Part shown: positions 28,244 to 38,345 of the stretch, in pieces
How positions within the stretch are numbered: position 1 is the stretch's first letter
Layout of the letters: each line of letters opens with the position of its first letter
Assembly: GCA_963666515.2 (NCBI GenBank)
Contig: OY762897.2
Location: 4,000,001 to 4,064,000, forward strand
Length of the DNA: 64,000 nucleotides
Direction: 5' to 3'
Source of the DNA: Candidatus Binatia bacterium
Lineage (GTDB): Bacteria > Desulfobacterota > Binatia > UBA9968 > JAJDTQ01
Translations under genes and position numbers: made by a program
The notes under the pieces: model-generated
Told to the model about the DNA's origin: nothing
Databases searched by the model: none
What the model saw: the letters and a program-made list of their open reading frames with translations, nothing else

Positions 28244-29353
28244 TTAGAGCCGATCCTGCATCCAGTCCAGCATGTACGGCACGTTGTGCGCCCAGTAGTC
28301 GTGGCTGCAATGGATGGCGCCGCCCGCGGCCGCGTCCTCGTAGATCCTGAGGGTCTTGTCTTCGCTGCCGATCTCGTCGTGGAGCCGCCTGGCGCCGTTC
28401 ACGTCCATCAACCGGTCGTCGGCGCCGTGGGTGATGAGGGTCGGGCAGGTGATGTTTTCGGCGGCGCCCTCCATGGTGAAGTCCTTGAGGCGCTCCCGGG
28501 CCTCCTCGTCGCTCACGCCGCCCAGCAGCCGCTGCACCACCGGCCGGAGGTGCTCGCAGAAGATGTACAGGTCGTCCAGCACGCTGTAGCAGCCGCTCCA
28601 GCCCACCAGCGCCTTGATGCGCGGGTCGAAGGCGGCGAGCCGGGGTGCGTAGTAGCCGGCCATGCTGATGCCGATAAGGCCGATGCGCTGGGGGTCCACC
28701 TCCGGCCGGGATGCCAGGTAGTCGATGCAGGCCTTGCCGGGAACCTCGTAGTCGGCCCGCGTGGGGATGCCCTTGACGTACATGGAGGAGCCGCGTCCGG
28801 GGGTGTCCACCAGCAGCAGCGCCCAGCCGTACTCCGTCACCTGCCGGCCGCTGAAGAAGATCTCCTCGGCGAAAGCGTCGGCGCCGCCGATCAGGAAGAC
28901 CGCGGGCCACTTGCCTGGCGCCGGGTACTTGGGGTGGCAGAAGTAGCCGTCGTACTCCTCGTCGCCGCAGCGCACGGTGATGACCTCCATGGGCGGGTTG
29001 TGCAGCGCGGCGGCCTCGCGGAAGCTGGCTTGGGACAGCTTGAACCGCTCGGCCTTGACGTCGTTCTCGGCGATGGTCAGGAACACGTCGGACATGCGGT
29101 AATATTGGTTGGCGTGGAAGAAGAACTGCATGGCCGTGCGCTCGTGGCCCTTGGAGAGGGCCTCCCGCGCCTTGTCCTCGGTCCGCCGGGCGAGGTCGAG
29201 CCAAGCCCGCTCCCATCCCTTCCTGTCGTCCGGGTCCAGGTCGCGGCACAGGCGCGCGATGTCGAAGGCGTCGCCCCCTCCCTGCTGGGCTTCGGCCACG
29301 AGCCGGAGCGTCTGCGAGCCCATGACGTTGGTGGGAAAGAAGAAGTCGATCAT
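28244..29353 (-). CDS. Alpha/beta hydrolase (FrsA / 2,6-dihydroxypseudooxynicotine hydrolase-like)
   Basis: GGADAFAEE, DTPGRG, GISMAGYYAPR, HGADD, HCSHD. Confidence 0.8.
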   Translation of the reverse strand: MIDFFFPTNVMGSQTLRLVAEAQQGGGDAFDIARLCRDLDPDDRKGWERAWLDLARRTEDKAREALSKGHERTAMQFFFHANQYYRMSDVFLTIAENDVKAERFKLSQASFREAAALHNPPMEVITVRCGDEEYDGYFCHPKYPAPGKWPAVFLIGGADAFAEEIFFSGRQVTEYGWALLLVDTPGRGSSMYVKGIPTRADYEVPGKACIDYLASRPEVDPQRIGLIGISMAGYYAPRLAAFDPRIKALVGWSGCYSVLDDLYIFCEHLRPVVQRLLGGVSDEEARERLKDFTMEGAAENITCPTLITHGADDRLMDVNGARRLHDEIGSEDKTLRIYEDAAAGGAIHCSHDYWAHNVPYMLDWMQDRL

Positions 29354-29398
29354 GAAGGTCTCCGTCGGGCGGCCGCCGGGAACGGTGGACGCATTTGC

Positions 29399-30385
29399 TC
29401 ACGGCAGGTTGTAGAGCCGCTTGGCGTTGCCCTCGGTGATGTTGTAGCGGTCCTCGTCGCTCAGGCCCGGGACGGACTCGAAGATCGGCACCACCTCCTC
29501 GAAGTTGCGCCCGGTCTGGGGGTCGGTGGCGTTCACCGCGCCGAACATCTCGGTGGCGAACAGCACACGGTCGGAGCCGACCCGCTTGATCAGCAGCTCC
29601 ATGCCCTCGGCGTCGTAGATGGCCATGTCCCAGTAGACCCGGCGGGCCGCCTCCTCGAAGGGCTCCAGACCCTCCTTCACGTGCATGCCCCGGTGGCGGT
29701 TCCACTGGTAGGGCACGGCGCCGCCTCCGTGGGGGATGACGATCTTGAGCTTGGGGAAGTCCTGGAACACGCGCGAGCTGAGCAACTCCACCGCGCCGTT
29801 GTGGTGCTGCCCGATGTAGTACGAGCTGGTGGTGTGGAAGGCCGGGTTCAGCGACGCGCTGGCATGGATGGTTCCCGGTATGTCCAGTTCCACCATCTTC
29901 TCCCAAAGCGGATACCACCACTCGTCTCCCAGCGAAGGCGTCCAGGGCTCCCGGCCGCTGCACAGGTCGGGATTGATGTTGCAGGCGATGAAGCCGTCCT
30001 CCTTGACCCGGCGCTCAAGTTCTTCCACCCAACTGCCGGGGCTGACCCCCGGCGACTGGGGAAGCTGACACACCGGCGACACCTTGTCCGGCCAAAGCTT
30101 CGCGACGCGGGCGATGAGGTCGTTGCATGCCTCGCTCCAGTAGCGGCTGATAAGCTCCGATCCGAAGTGGTGGCCCATGGCCGAGGCCTGGGGCGAGAAC
30201 AGCAGCCGGTCGATGCCGGTGTCCGCCATCCGTTTGAACTGGGAACGCATGGACTGCTCGAGTTCCTCGTCGCTGACGTTGAGCTTTGCGGGCGAGGGCC
30301 GCCCCTGGTTGATGATCTGGCGGGCGCGAAACGACTGAAGCTTGGCCGGCGCCGTGGTGTAGTGTGCGTGAGCGTCGATGATCAC
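29399..30385 (-). CDS. Amidohydrolase_2, LigJ (4-oxalomesaconate hydratase)-like
   Basis: MIIDAHAHYTTAP, SPQASAMGHH, CQLPQSPG, PHGGGAVPYQW, LFATEMFGAV. Confidence 0.8.
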   Translation of the reverse strand: MIIDAHAHYTTAPAKLQSFRARQIINQGRPSPAKLNVSDEELEQSMRSQFKRMADTGIDRLLFSPQASAMGHHFGSELISRYWSEACNDLIARVAKLWPDKVSPVCQLPQSPGVSPGSWVEELERRVKEDGFIACNINPDLCSGREPWTPSLGDEWWYPLWEKMVELDIPGTIHASASLNPAFHTTSSYYIGQHHNGAVELLSSRVFQDFPKLKIVIPHGGGAVPYQWNRHRGMHVKEGLEPFEEAARRVYWDMAIYDAEGMELLIKRVGSDRVLFATEMFGAVNATDPQTGRNFEEVVPIFESVPGLSDEDRYNITEGNAKRLYNLP

Positions 30386-30510
30386 GAGCGTAAACCTCCA
30401 GGGAGTCTGCGTGCGGCTCGGGCCGTGTCCCGGCCGTACAGGACAACTACACTAGCAAAGCCCGGTTGGACAGGCTATAGGCTTGGCAAGCTCAGAACCA
30501 TTGGGACAGC

Positions 30511-30613
30511 GCCCTTCGACTTCGTTCGGCAGACCTCGCTACGCTCAGGGCGAACGGAGAGGGACTGTTCGCCCTGAGCGTAGTTCCGCGTCAGCGGAGC
30601 GAAGTCGAAGGGC
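30511..30613. repeat. Long palindromic repeat, family A
   Basis: GCCCTTCGACTTCG...CTACGCTCAGGGCGAAC...GTTCGCCCTGAGCGTAG...CGAAGTCGAAGGGC. Confidence 0.8.
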
Positions 30614-30626
30614 CAAGGAGCGTTTC

Positions 30627-31487
30627 ATGGCGGAAATTCCACGTCTCAACGGCGTCATCAAGGCGCTGGAGGGAGGCAAGACGGCCTTCGTGAGCTTCAC
30701 CTCCAACGATATCGAGACTTCCATCGCCATGGCGGGTTCGAAGCTCGACGGCGTCGCGTTCGAGATGGAGCACGCGCCCTTGGACATTCCGGGGCTGAGG
30801 CACTCCTTGCAATACATGCTGGACCGGCGGCAGGTGGTGGACCGCGGCACCCTGGCACCCGCGGTGACGCCCATGGTGCGCATCCCGCCCAACGGAAACG
30901 AGATGAACCAGTGGCTGGCCAAGCAGGTTCTGGACATCGGCATGTACGGGATCATCTTTCCGCACGTCAGCTCCGTGGAGGAGGCGCGCAACGCCGTGTC
31001 GGCGTGCCGCTACCCGCGTCTTGCGTCCGAGCCGCTCTACGATCCGCCGGGCATACGCGGCGACGCGCCCACCCGCGCCGCCCGCTACTGGGGGCTCACA
31101 CAGCAGGAATACTACAAGCGCGCCGACGTGTGGCCGCTGGCGCCGGACGGCGAGGTCCTGGTGGTGATCCAGTGCGAGGAGGTGCGCGCCATCGAGAACC
31201 TGCCGGCCATGCTGAAGGAGGTGCCGGGCATCGGCGTGGTGCTCATCGGCGAAGGGGACCTGAGCCAGGAACTGGGCCACCCGCGCGACTACGACCACCC
31301 GGTGGTGGCCGACCACATCAACCGGATCCTCGAAATCTGCAAGGAGCACGACGTCCCCTGCGGCCACCCCCATCCCAGCGCCGACAACATCGAACGGCTG
31401 GTGGAAGCGGGCTTCCGCTTCCTCATGCCCAGCGCGCCGCGCTCCTTTGCGGTGCTCAACCGCGCCCGGGAGTTGACGGGACGGTAG
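30627..31487 (+). CDS. HpcH/HpaI family aldolase
   Basis: FEMEH, PMVRIP, KQVLDIG, IQCE, IGEGDLS; AAGGAG RBS. Confidence 0.85.
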   Translation: MAEIPRLNGVIKALEGGKTAFVSFTSNDIETSIAMAGSKLDGVAFEMEHAPLDIPGLRHSLQYMLDRRQVVDRGTLAPAVTPMVRIPPNGNEMNQWLAKQVLDIGMYGIIFPHVSSVEEARNAVSACRYPRLASEPLYDPPGIRGDAPTRAARYWGLTQQEYYKRADVWPLAPDGEVLVVIQCEEVRAIENLPAMLKEVPGIGVVLIGEGDLSQELGHPRDYDHPVVADHINRILEICKEHDVPCGHPHPSADNIERLVEAGFRFLMPSAPRSFAVLNRARELTGR

Positions 31488-31511
31488 GCGAACGGGAAAG
31501 GGGACGAAGCG

Positions 31512-32141
31512 ATGGCCATGGTAAAGCTGGATCCGCCCGACAGCCTCGGCATGAGCCTCGGCGAGGCCATGTTCACCCAGCGGGCCATCCGCCGGCTCAA
31601 GCCGGACCCCATCAGCGACGAGGACATCCGCACGCTGATGGACGCCGCCTCCAAGGCTCCCAACGCCCGCAACGAGCACCGGGGGCGTTTCCTGGTAGTG
31701 CGAGACCGGGAGAAGATACGGAGATTCGCGGAACTCTACGTCGAGGCTTGGTGGGCGAAGCAGCCGGAGGGCTGGAATCCCGAGAACGCTCCGCCCGGTG
31801 ACAAACATCTCGCGCCCATGCGGCTGGCGGAGGCCATGAAGAACGTGCCGGTGGTGGTGATGGCGGTCTCCACCTCACCCGGGAATGCCAGCTCCGTCCT
31901 CCCGGCGGCACAGAACCTGATGCTGGCCGCCCGTGCTATGGGAATCGGATCGGTGCTGACCACCCTGCACCCCTGCGTCACCACCCGTATCCACGAGCTT
32001 TTCGGACTCCCCGCGGAGGCCGAGGTCCACTGCTGCATCCCCCTGGGCTATCCGGAGGGCCGCTTCGGCACCACCGCTCGCCTTCCCACATCGGCGACCA
32101 CCTACTACGACGAGTGGGGCCAGCCGCCGCCGTGGGAGTAG
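31512..32141 (+). CDS. Nitroreductase family protein
   Basis: TQRAIRRLKPDPI, ASKAPN, AAQNLMLAARAMGIGS, IPLGYP. Confidence 0.88.
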   Translation: MAMVKLDPPDSLGMSLGEAMFTQRAIRRLKPDPISDEDIRTLMDAASKAPNARNEHRGRFLVVRDREKIRRFAELYVEAWWAKQPEGWNPENAPPGDKHLAPMRLAEAMKNVPVVVMAVSTSPGNASSVLPAAQNLMLAARAMGIGSVLTTLHPCVTTRIHELFGLPAEAEVHCCIPLGYPEGRFGTTARLPTSATTYYDEWGQPPPWE

Positions 32142-32159
32142 ACCGGCCGGTCGCTCTAC

Positions 32160-33179
32160 CTACAGCCCGTACAGCGCCCGCGCGTTGTCGCCGAGGATAT
32201 TGTCGACGATGGCGGACGGCACCGAGCCTTCGGTGCGGAGCAGGCGCAGGGCCTCGATCTGGCTGGAGGTGTCGTTGTGGCCGTAGTCGGTGCCGATGAC
32301 GAGGTTGTCCTCGCCCGCGTCCTTGAGGATCACCGGCAGGTCGTCGGTGGTCTGGCAGGCGACGTACATGCGGTTCTCGGCCATGATGTTGTCGGGGATC
32401 GGCCTGCCCATCTTCTGGAAGCGTAGCCGCAGGTCGTTCAGGGCGTAGGGCACCCACTGGGCGCTCACCTCGACGAAGCCCCAGCGGATCTTGGGGAACA
32501 GCGCCGGGGTTCCTTCCATGAGCAGCGAGTGGAACGTCCCCACCACCGGCAGCTTGAAGCGCGAGAAGCCGGTCTCGCCCTCGTAGAGGTCGTGGATGGC
32601 GGTGCTGTTGGTGCCGGCGTGGACGCAGATGGGCAGGTCCAGGTCGGTGGCGATCTCGTAGAGCGGGAACAGGTCGGGATTGCTCAGCCGCATCTCGTGC
32701 TCGACTCCGCGCATGAAGATGCCGCAGGCGCCGTTTTCCTTGGCGAACTCCAGTTCGCCGCGTAGCGCGTCCATGGATAGCAGGGGAGGCATGCACACCC
32801 ATCGCAGCCGGCCCCGGCCCTTCTTCCAGATCTCGGCGAGCCAGCGGTTGTAGCTCCTGCACATGGCCATCTCGGTGGCTCGGCTTTGGGTGCAGGGGCG
32901 CAACATCAGCGTGGGGTAGAGCACCTGCACGTCCACCTCCAGCTCGTCCATGTGCTTGACCCGGGCGTCGATATCGCGCATCTCGCGCTGGTCGGCCGAG
33001 GTGTTGGGGCCGATGTTGTTGTTCTTGACGTGCAGCCGGTTGTCCACCACCCAGTACTCGGGGCCGCCTTCCTGCTTGACCGCGAAGGGCGCGTGCGCGC
33101 GTTCGGCCTCGGTCATGAACTCCCAGGTGAAAGGCGTTTCAACGACGTGGGCGTCGGCGTCGATGGTTCTCGGGGTCAT
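32160..33179 (-). CDS. Amidohydrolase_2 family protein
   Basis: IDADAHVVE, QVLYPT, YNRWLA, PICVHAG, IGTDYGH. Confidence 0.85.
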   Translation of the reverse strand: MTPRTIDADAHVVETPFTWEFMTEAERAHAPFAVKQEGGPEYWVVDNRLHVKNNNIGPNTSADQREMRDIDARVKHMDELEVDVQVLYPTLMLRPCTQSRATEMAMCRSYNRWLAEIWKKGRGRLRWVCMPPLLSMDALRGELEFAKENGACGIFMRGVEHEMRLSNPDLFPLYEIATDLDLPICVHAGTNSTAIHDLYEGETGFSRFKLPVVGTFHSLLMEGTPALFPKIRWGFVEVSAQWVPYALNDLRLRFQKMGRPIPDNIMAENRMYVACQTTDDLPVILKDAGEDNLVIGTDYGHNDTSSQIEALRLLRTEGSVPSAIVDNILGDNARALYGL

Positions 33180-33231
33180 GGCTTTTCTCCGTCTCGTCGG
33201 GTTTCTTCAGCTTGGTCTGCGGTGGATCCCC

Positions 33232-33306
33232 GTAGGGGCGACCGGCGGGTCGCCCCTGCACAGACCCGGCGATGAACCCCACGTAGGGGCGGCCCGCGGT
33301 CGCCCT
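33232..33306 (+). repeat. Two GTAG-type REPs (family B)
   Basis: GTAGGGGCGACCGGCGGGTCGCCCCT (33232-33257) and GTAGGGGCGGCCCGCGGTCGCCCT (33283-33306). Confidence 0.8.
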
Positions 33307-34396
33307 AGTTCGGTGCGATGCTGTAGAGCCGCTGCGCGTTCTCTCCCATGATCTTGGGCAGCGAGTCCGCGGCGATGTCGTCCCGGTCCAGCACCTCCTT
33401 CACCACGTTGGGGAACTTGCAGTCGCCGTGGTTGTAGTCCGATGCGAACACCAGCCGGTCGTCGCCGATGAAGTCCATGACGTAGGGCAAGGTGGTCTCG
33501 TCGGGCTCGAAGGAGAAGTAGACGTCGCGCTGGCGGATGTACTCGCTGGGCGGCATGGTCAGCAGCGGCACCGCCGCCTGCATGTACTCGTAGTGCTCGT
33601 CCAGCCGCTCCATCCAGAAGGGCACCCAGCCGGCGCCGGCTTCGAGGAACGCCACCTTGAGCTTCGGGAACTTCTCCAGCACCCCGCCGCCGATGACGCA
33701 CATGACGCCGATCATCTGCTCGAAGGGATGGGTGGTGGCGTGCACGAACAGGGCGTTGTCGAAGCGGTCGGCCGCGGCCGCGGGCCGGCCCGAGCCTACG
33801 TGGACGCACACCGGCACGCCCAGCTCCTCGGCCGTGGCGTAGAACGGGTCGAAGTCGGGGTGGTCGAGGTTGCGCCCGGCGGAGTGGGCCGAGGTGGCCA
33901 CGGCCACGAAGCCCAGGTCCTCGACGCAACGCCGCAGTTCGGCCGCGGCCTCTGCGGGGTCCTGCATGGGCACGCAGGCCACGCCCTTGAGCCGCTCGGG
34001 CGCGTGGCGGCAGTACTCGTGGAGCCAGTTGTTGTAGGCCTTGGCGACGGCGCAGGCGTAGTCCTTGTCCTCCAGGAACGGCAGGCTCAGGAACACGGTG
34101 GTGCCGAAGTTGACCGCGATGGTGATCTGCTCCAGGTCCATGTCCTTGAGCCGCTGCACCGGGTCCCACATGCCGGTGGTGGGCTGGGGCGAGCGGTTGT
34201 GGGGCACGGCGCCGATGCCGCAGCCCACTCCCGATGGCTTGGCCCAGATGCGGCCCTCCATGAGCAGTTGCTCGCGGCCGTCGGCCTTGACCACCCGGGG
34301 CGCCTTCTTCTTGTAAGGCCCCTCCAGCAGGTCCTCCCACGGGGCGAACTTCTCCTGCACGTGGCCGTCGGCGTCGATGATGGGAAAACTCGCCAT
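33305..34396 (-). CDS. Amidohydrolase_2 family protein
   Basis: IIDADGHVQE, YNNWL, PVCVHVG, FLEAGAGW, FASDYNH. Confidence 0.85.
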   Translation of the reverse strand: MASFPIIDADGHVQEKFAPWEDLLEGPYKKKAPRVVKADGREQLLMEGRIWAKPSGVGCGIGAVPHNRSPQPTTGMWDPVQRLKDMDLEQITIAVNFGTTVFLSLPFLEDKDYACAVAKAYNNWLHEYCRHAPERLKGVACVPMQDPAEAAAELRRCVEDLGFVAVATSAHSAGRNLDHPDFDPFYATAEELGVPVCVHVGSGRPAAAADRFDNALFVHATTHPFEQMIGVMCVIGGGVLEKFPKLKVAFLEAGAGWVPFWMERLDEHYEYMQAAVPLLTMPPSEYIRQRDVYFSFEPDETTLPYVMDFIGDDRLVFASDYNHGDCKFPNVVKEVLDRDDIAADSLPKIMGENAQRLYSIAPN

Positions 34397-34490
34397 GGCT
34401 GTCTCCTGTTGGCCGTGAAGGGAGACCGGGCGGCCCGCCCGGCCTTCGCGCGGGCCGTCCGGCAGGTCCCGTCAACGGCGGAAAAGCCGT

Positions 34491-35147
34491 TTACTTGAGG
34501 TGCTTGGCCAGGAACTCGGTGCTCCGCTCCCACGCCAGGTTGGCGGCGTCGGCGTTGTAGGCCGCCCCGGTCTCGTTGCCGAACGCGTGCTGCGCTTGGT
34601 AGCGGTAGATCTCGTGGGTGACGTTGCCTTCCTTGAGGCTCGCTTCCAGGGCGTCCACCTTGTCCGGGGTGAAGAAGCCGTCTTCCAGCGCGAAATGGCC
34701 CTGGAACGGCATGGCGATGGTGCGGGTGTCGGCCGCTTCCGCCGGCGGAACGCCGTACCAGCAGCAGGCCGCGTCCGTCTTGGAGTACACCGCCGCCAGC
34801 ACGGTCAGGGCGCCGCCCATGCAGAAGCCGATGACCCCCACCTTTGGACAGCTCTGCTTCAGGTGCTCCACCGCGCTGCACACGTCCGTGTTGGCGTTGC
34901 CGAAATCGAGGTTCTGCATGAGGTGGCTGGCTTCCTCCGCCTCCACCGTCACCTTGCCCCGGTAGAGGTCCGGTACCACGGAGGTGTATCCCATGCCGGC
35001 CAGCTTGTCGGCCACGCTCTTGATCTGATCGTTGACCCCCCACCACTCCTGGATCACCACCATGCCCGGCGCGTTGTCGTCGGCGGAAGCGCAGTACGCC
35101 GATACCTCTTCGCCGTCAGGCCGCTTGATCGTGATTGTGTCTCCCAT
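34491..35147 (-). CDS. Dienelactone hydrolase family protein
   Basis: VIQEWWGV, VPDLYRG, GFCMGG, HAFGN. Confidence 0.9.
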   Translation of the reverse strand: MGDTITIKRPDGEEVSAYCASADDNAPGMVVIQEWWGVNDQIKSVADKLAGMGYTSVVPDLYRGKVTVEAEEASHLMQNLDFGNANTDVCSAVEHLKQSCPKVGVIGFCMGGALTVLAAVYSKTDAACCWYGVPPAEAADTRTIAMPFQGHFALEDGFFTPDKVDALEASLKEGNVTHEIYRYQAQHAFGNETGAAYNADAANLAWERSTEFLAKHLK

Positions 35148-35256
35148 GACTTTCCTCCTGGAATTGCTGGATTTCGTTCGGCGTCGGACGCCGACGGCCC
35201 TCAGAATAGTACGTCTCAAATTAACAGTCTAGGGAAACTCGGACCAATCCCGCTGA

Positions 35257-35410
35257 GCGAAATGGCGCCCTTCGACTTCGCTCCGCTACGCTCAGGGCGA
35301 ACGGTTAAGTCAAGACGGACCGACAAAGCTCCGTTCGAGCCTGACAAATGCCCCGTTCGCCCTGAGCGTAGCGACGCATAGCGGAGCGAAGTCGAAGGGC
35401 GCCATTTCGC
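35257..35410. repeat. Long palindromic repeat, family A (32-bp perfect outer IR)
   Basis: GCGAAATGGCGCCCTTCGACTTCGCTCCGCTA and its exact reverse complement at 35379-35410. Confidence 0.85.
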
Positions 35411-35537
35411 CTGCCGGAAGCGCAGTTGACGCACGATTCCGATTCTTGTTAAGAATACCGCGCATTCAGGGCTTTCGCGTCTTCACGCCCGCCACGGCGG
35501 TCCGAAATCAGCGGAACAGGAAGAGAGGGACACGCAA

Positions 35538-36065
35538 TTGACCGAGGATGAAGTACTACAGATATTGGACTTGGTGGAGAAATCGAACTTCGACTATCTC
35601 GACCTCGAGATCGGCGATCTGAAGCTCACGGTCAGCAAGTCGGGAGTTCCCGCCGTACCCGCAACCGTCAGCGTGACCCAGGCCGCACCCGTCGCCGCAC
35701 CGGCCGCGGTTCCCGCGGCAGAGGCGCCCGCAGCCGCGCCTGCCGCGGCAGCCGAGGCCCCTGCACCGGCCCCCGCGGCCGGAAGCGCGCCCGCTACCCA
35801 GCCGGTCACCGTCAAGGAAGGCACCGTTCCCATTCCCGCGCCCATGGTCGGCACGTTCTACGCCACGCCGGAGCCCGGCGCGGCGCCGTTCGTCAAGCTC
35901 GGCGACCACGTGGACGCCGAGACCACGGTGGGCCTCGTGGAGGTGATGAAGGTCTTCAACGCCGTCAGCTCCAACGTTGCCGGCACCATCGACGAGGTCT
36001 GCGTCGAAAGCGGCCAGTTCGTCGAGCACGGCCAGACCCTCTTCCTGGTCCGCCCCGATGCCTAA
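35538..36065 (+). CDS. accB: Biotin carboxyl carrier protein
   Basis: Ala/Pro linker, APMVGTFY, EVMKVFN biotinylation motif. Confidence 0.85.
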   Translation: MTEDEVLQILDLVEKSNFDYLDLEIGDLKLTVSKSGVPAVPATVSVTQAAPVAAPAAVPAAEAPAAAPAAAAEAPAPAPAAGSAPATQPVTVKEGTVPIPAPMVGTFYATPEPGAAPFVKLGDHVDAETTVGLVEVMKVFNAVSSNVAGTIDEVCVESGQFVEHGQTLFLVRPDA

Positions 36066-36079
36066 AGAGAGTTTCTCCC

Positions 36080-37447
36080 GTGGCCGTTAGCCGTCTCCTG
36101 GTCGCCAACCGGGGCGAGATAGCGGTCCGCATCATCAGAGCCTGCCAGTCCCTGGGCATCGAGTCGGTGGCCGTGGTCTCCGAGGCCGACCGCGACAGCA
36201 TGCCCGCGCGCCTCGCGAACCGCTCCGTCTGCATCGGTCCGGCCCGTTCCACCGAGAGCTACCTCAAGGTCGAGGCGCTGGTGGCCACCGCCCTCGGCAC
36301 CGGCTGCGACGCCCTCCACCCGGGCTACGGCTTCCTCGCCGAGAAGTCCGAGCTGGCCGAGGCCTGCGCCAAGCACGGCATCACGTTCGTGGGACCGCGC
36401 GCCGACAGCATCCGCCAGATGGGCAACAAGCTGCTGGCCCGGGCCACCGTGGGAGCCTTCGGCGTGCCGCTGGTGCCGGGCTCGGACAACGTCCAGAACT
36501 TCCAGGATGCAGCCGGGGTGGCCGCGGAAGTCGGCTACCCGGTGCTGCTCAAGGCCGCGGCCGGAGGCGGCGGCAAGGGCATCAAGATCGTCCGCGAGGA
36601 CGGCGAGCTTCAGACCGCGTTCGAGACCGCTTCGGCGGAGGCCCGGGCGGCCTTCGGCGATCCCACCCTCTACATGGAGCGCTACATCCCCAACGCCCGG
36701 CACATCGAGGTGCAGGTCATCGGCGACCGCTTCGGCAACGTGGTGCACGTGGGCGAGCGCGACTGCTCGCTGCAGCGGCGCTACCAGAAGGTGGTGGAGG
36801 AGGCGCCGGCCGCGTGCATCCCGGAGGAGTTGCGGGAGCGCATCCGCGACGCCGGGCACAAGGTCGCCAGGGAGATCAAGTACGAGAACGCCGGCACCGT
36901 GGAGTTCATCTACGACGAGGACCGGCAGGACTTCTTCTTCCTGGAGATGAACACCCGCATCCAGGTGGAGCACCCGGTCACCGAGATGGTGACGGGGCTG
37001 GACCTCGTGCGGGAGCAGATCCGCGTGGCCGGCGGTGAACGGCTGTCGTTCTCGCAGGAGGACGTCCGCTTCAACGGCCACGCCATCGAGTGCCGCATTA
37101 CCGCGGAAGCGCCGTGGCAGGGGTTCCGGCCGTGCCCGGGAGTCCTGACCGAGTGGAGCCCGCCCCAAGGGCCGGGCATCCGGGTGGACACCCAGTGCTT
37201 CCCGGGCTACCGCGTCCCGCCCTTCTACGACTCGTTGCTGGCCAAGCTCATCGTCCACGCCGACGACCGCGAGCAGGCGGTGGCGCGCATGAAGCAGTGC
37301 CTCGGCCAGTTCAGGGCCGCCGGCATCGACACCACCATCCCGTTCCTGGCGGCGGTGATGGATGAGCCGGACTACGTCAGCGGCAGGGTCAGCACCCGCT
37401 GGCTCGAAGGGCACCTGGACGACCTGACGGCCCGCCACGCTTCCTGA
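36080..37447 (+). CDS. accC: Biotin carboxylase
   Basis: LVANRGEIA, HPGYGFL, KAAAGGGGKG, ERDCSLQRR, EMNTRIQVEHPVTE, YDSLLAK. Confidence 0.9.
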   Translation: MAVSRLLVANRGEIAVRIIRACQSLGIESVAVVSEADRDSMPARLANRSVCIGPARSTESYLKVEALVATALGTGCDALHPGYGFLAEKSELAEACAKHGITFVGPRADSIRQMGNKLLARATVGAFGVPLVPGSDNVQNFQDAAGVAAEVGYPVLLKAAAGGGGKGIKIVREDGELQTAFETASAEARAAFGDPTLYMERYIPNARHIEVQVIGDRFGNVVHVGERDCSLQRRYQKVVEEAPAACIPEELRERIRDAGHKVAREIKYENAGTVEFIYDEDRQDFFFLEMNTRIQVEHPVTEMVTGLDLVREQIRVAGGERLSFSQEDVRFNGHAIECRITAEAPWQGFRPCPGVLTEWSPPQGPGIRVDTQCFPGYRVPPFYDSLLAKLIVHADDREQAVARMKQCLGQFRAAGIDTTIPFLAAVMDEPDYVSGRVSTRWLEGHLDDLTARHAS

Positions 37448-37451
37448 AGCG

Positions 37452-38258
37452 TCAGTCCTTGATGAATTCCCGGATGGCCTTGTGCGCCGCGTCCGGGTTG
37501 GAGAAGAAGTAGCTGTGCCGCTCGCCCGGCAGCACCACCAGCTTCGCGTTCGGAATCCCCTCCACCAGCATCTCCGCGCCTTTCCGGTGTGACATGTCGC
37601 TCACCACCGCGTGGTCGTCCTCGCCTACCAGCACCAGCGTCGGCACGGCGATGTCCTTGAGGCGGTGCCGGGTGTCGTGCTCCTGGCGCGCGATGACGTG
37701 CCGGAAGTAGCACTCCACCGACGACAGGTTGGCCATGCGCACCTTGAGGCAGTTCTCGATCTCCTCCGGGTGGTCCTTCTGGTACTGCTCGGTCCAGCCC
37801 ACCCCGATGGTGTGCTCACGGACGTATTTCTCGTAGCCCCACTCGACCATCTGCGTGGCGATCCTGAGCGGAATGCCGTGGGCGCCCGGATGGGCCGCTC
37901 CGGACGAGGCGAGGATCAGCTTCTTCACTCGCCCGGGGTGCTCCAGCGCCAGCAACTGCGCCACCCTGCCGCCCATGGAATGGCCGCAGACGATGGCGTC
38001 GGTGGCGTCGAGGTGGTCCATCACTGCGGCGATGTCGTCGGCGAACATGCGCGTGGTGTAGCGCATGGGCGTGCGGGTGGAGCGGCCGGTGCCTCGGAAG
38101 TCCGTGATGATGGTGCGGTGGTCCCGCGAGAACTCCGGCACCTGGAAGATGTTCCACACGTCCCCGTCGCAGGCGGTTTCCGAGATGAAAACGAAAGGCG
38201 GCCCGTCTCCCTGGACCTCGTAGTGGATGTCGGCGTCGCCGACGTTGAGCGTTGGCAT
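37452..38258 (-). CDS. Alpha/beta hydrolase
   Basis: DFRGTGRS, GHSMGG, VGEDD, ERH. Confidence 0.85.
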   Translation of the reverse strand: MPTLNVGDADIHYEVQGDGPPFVFISETACDGDVWNIFQVPEFSRDHRTIITDFRGTGRSTRTPMRYTTRMFADDIAAVMDHLDATDAIVCGHSMGGRVAQLLALEHPGRVKKLILASSGAAHPGAHGIPLRIATQMVEWGYEKYVREHTIGVGWTEQYQKDHPEEIENCLKVRMANLSSVECYFRHVIARQEHDTRHRLKDIAVPTLVLVGEDDHAVVSDMSHRKGAEMLVEGIPNAKLVVLPGERHSYFFSNPDAAHKAIREFIKD

Positions 38259-38345
38259 GATGACCTCCCGGGGTGTTGGCGTTTGTTTCGCAGATGTGCG
38301 AAAATACGCCGTTTATTTCCGGCAAATCAACCTAAGGGGGTATTT

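Noticed and set aside
30483-30626. N-terminal extension of the aldolase (PSTSFGRPRYAQGER)
   Set aside because: Translation of the family A repeat; the real ATG with RBS is at 30627
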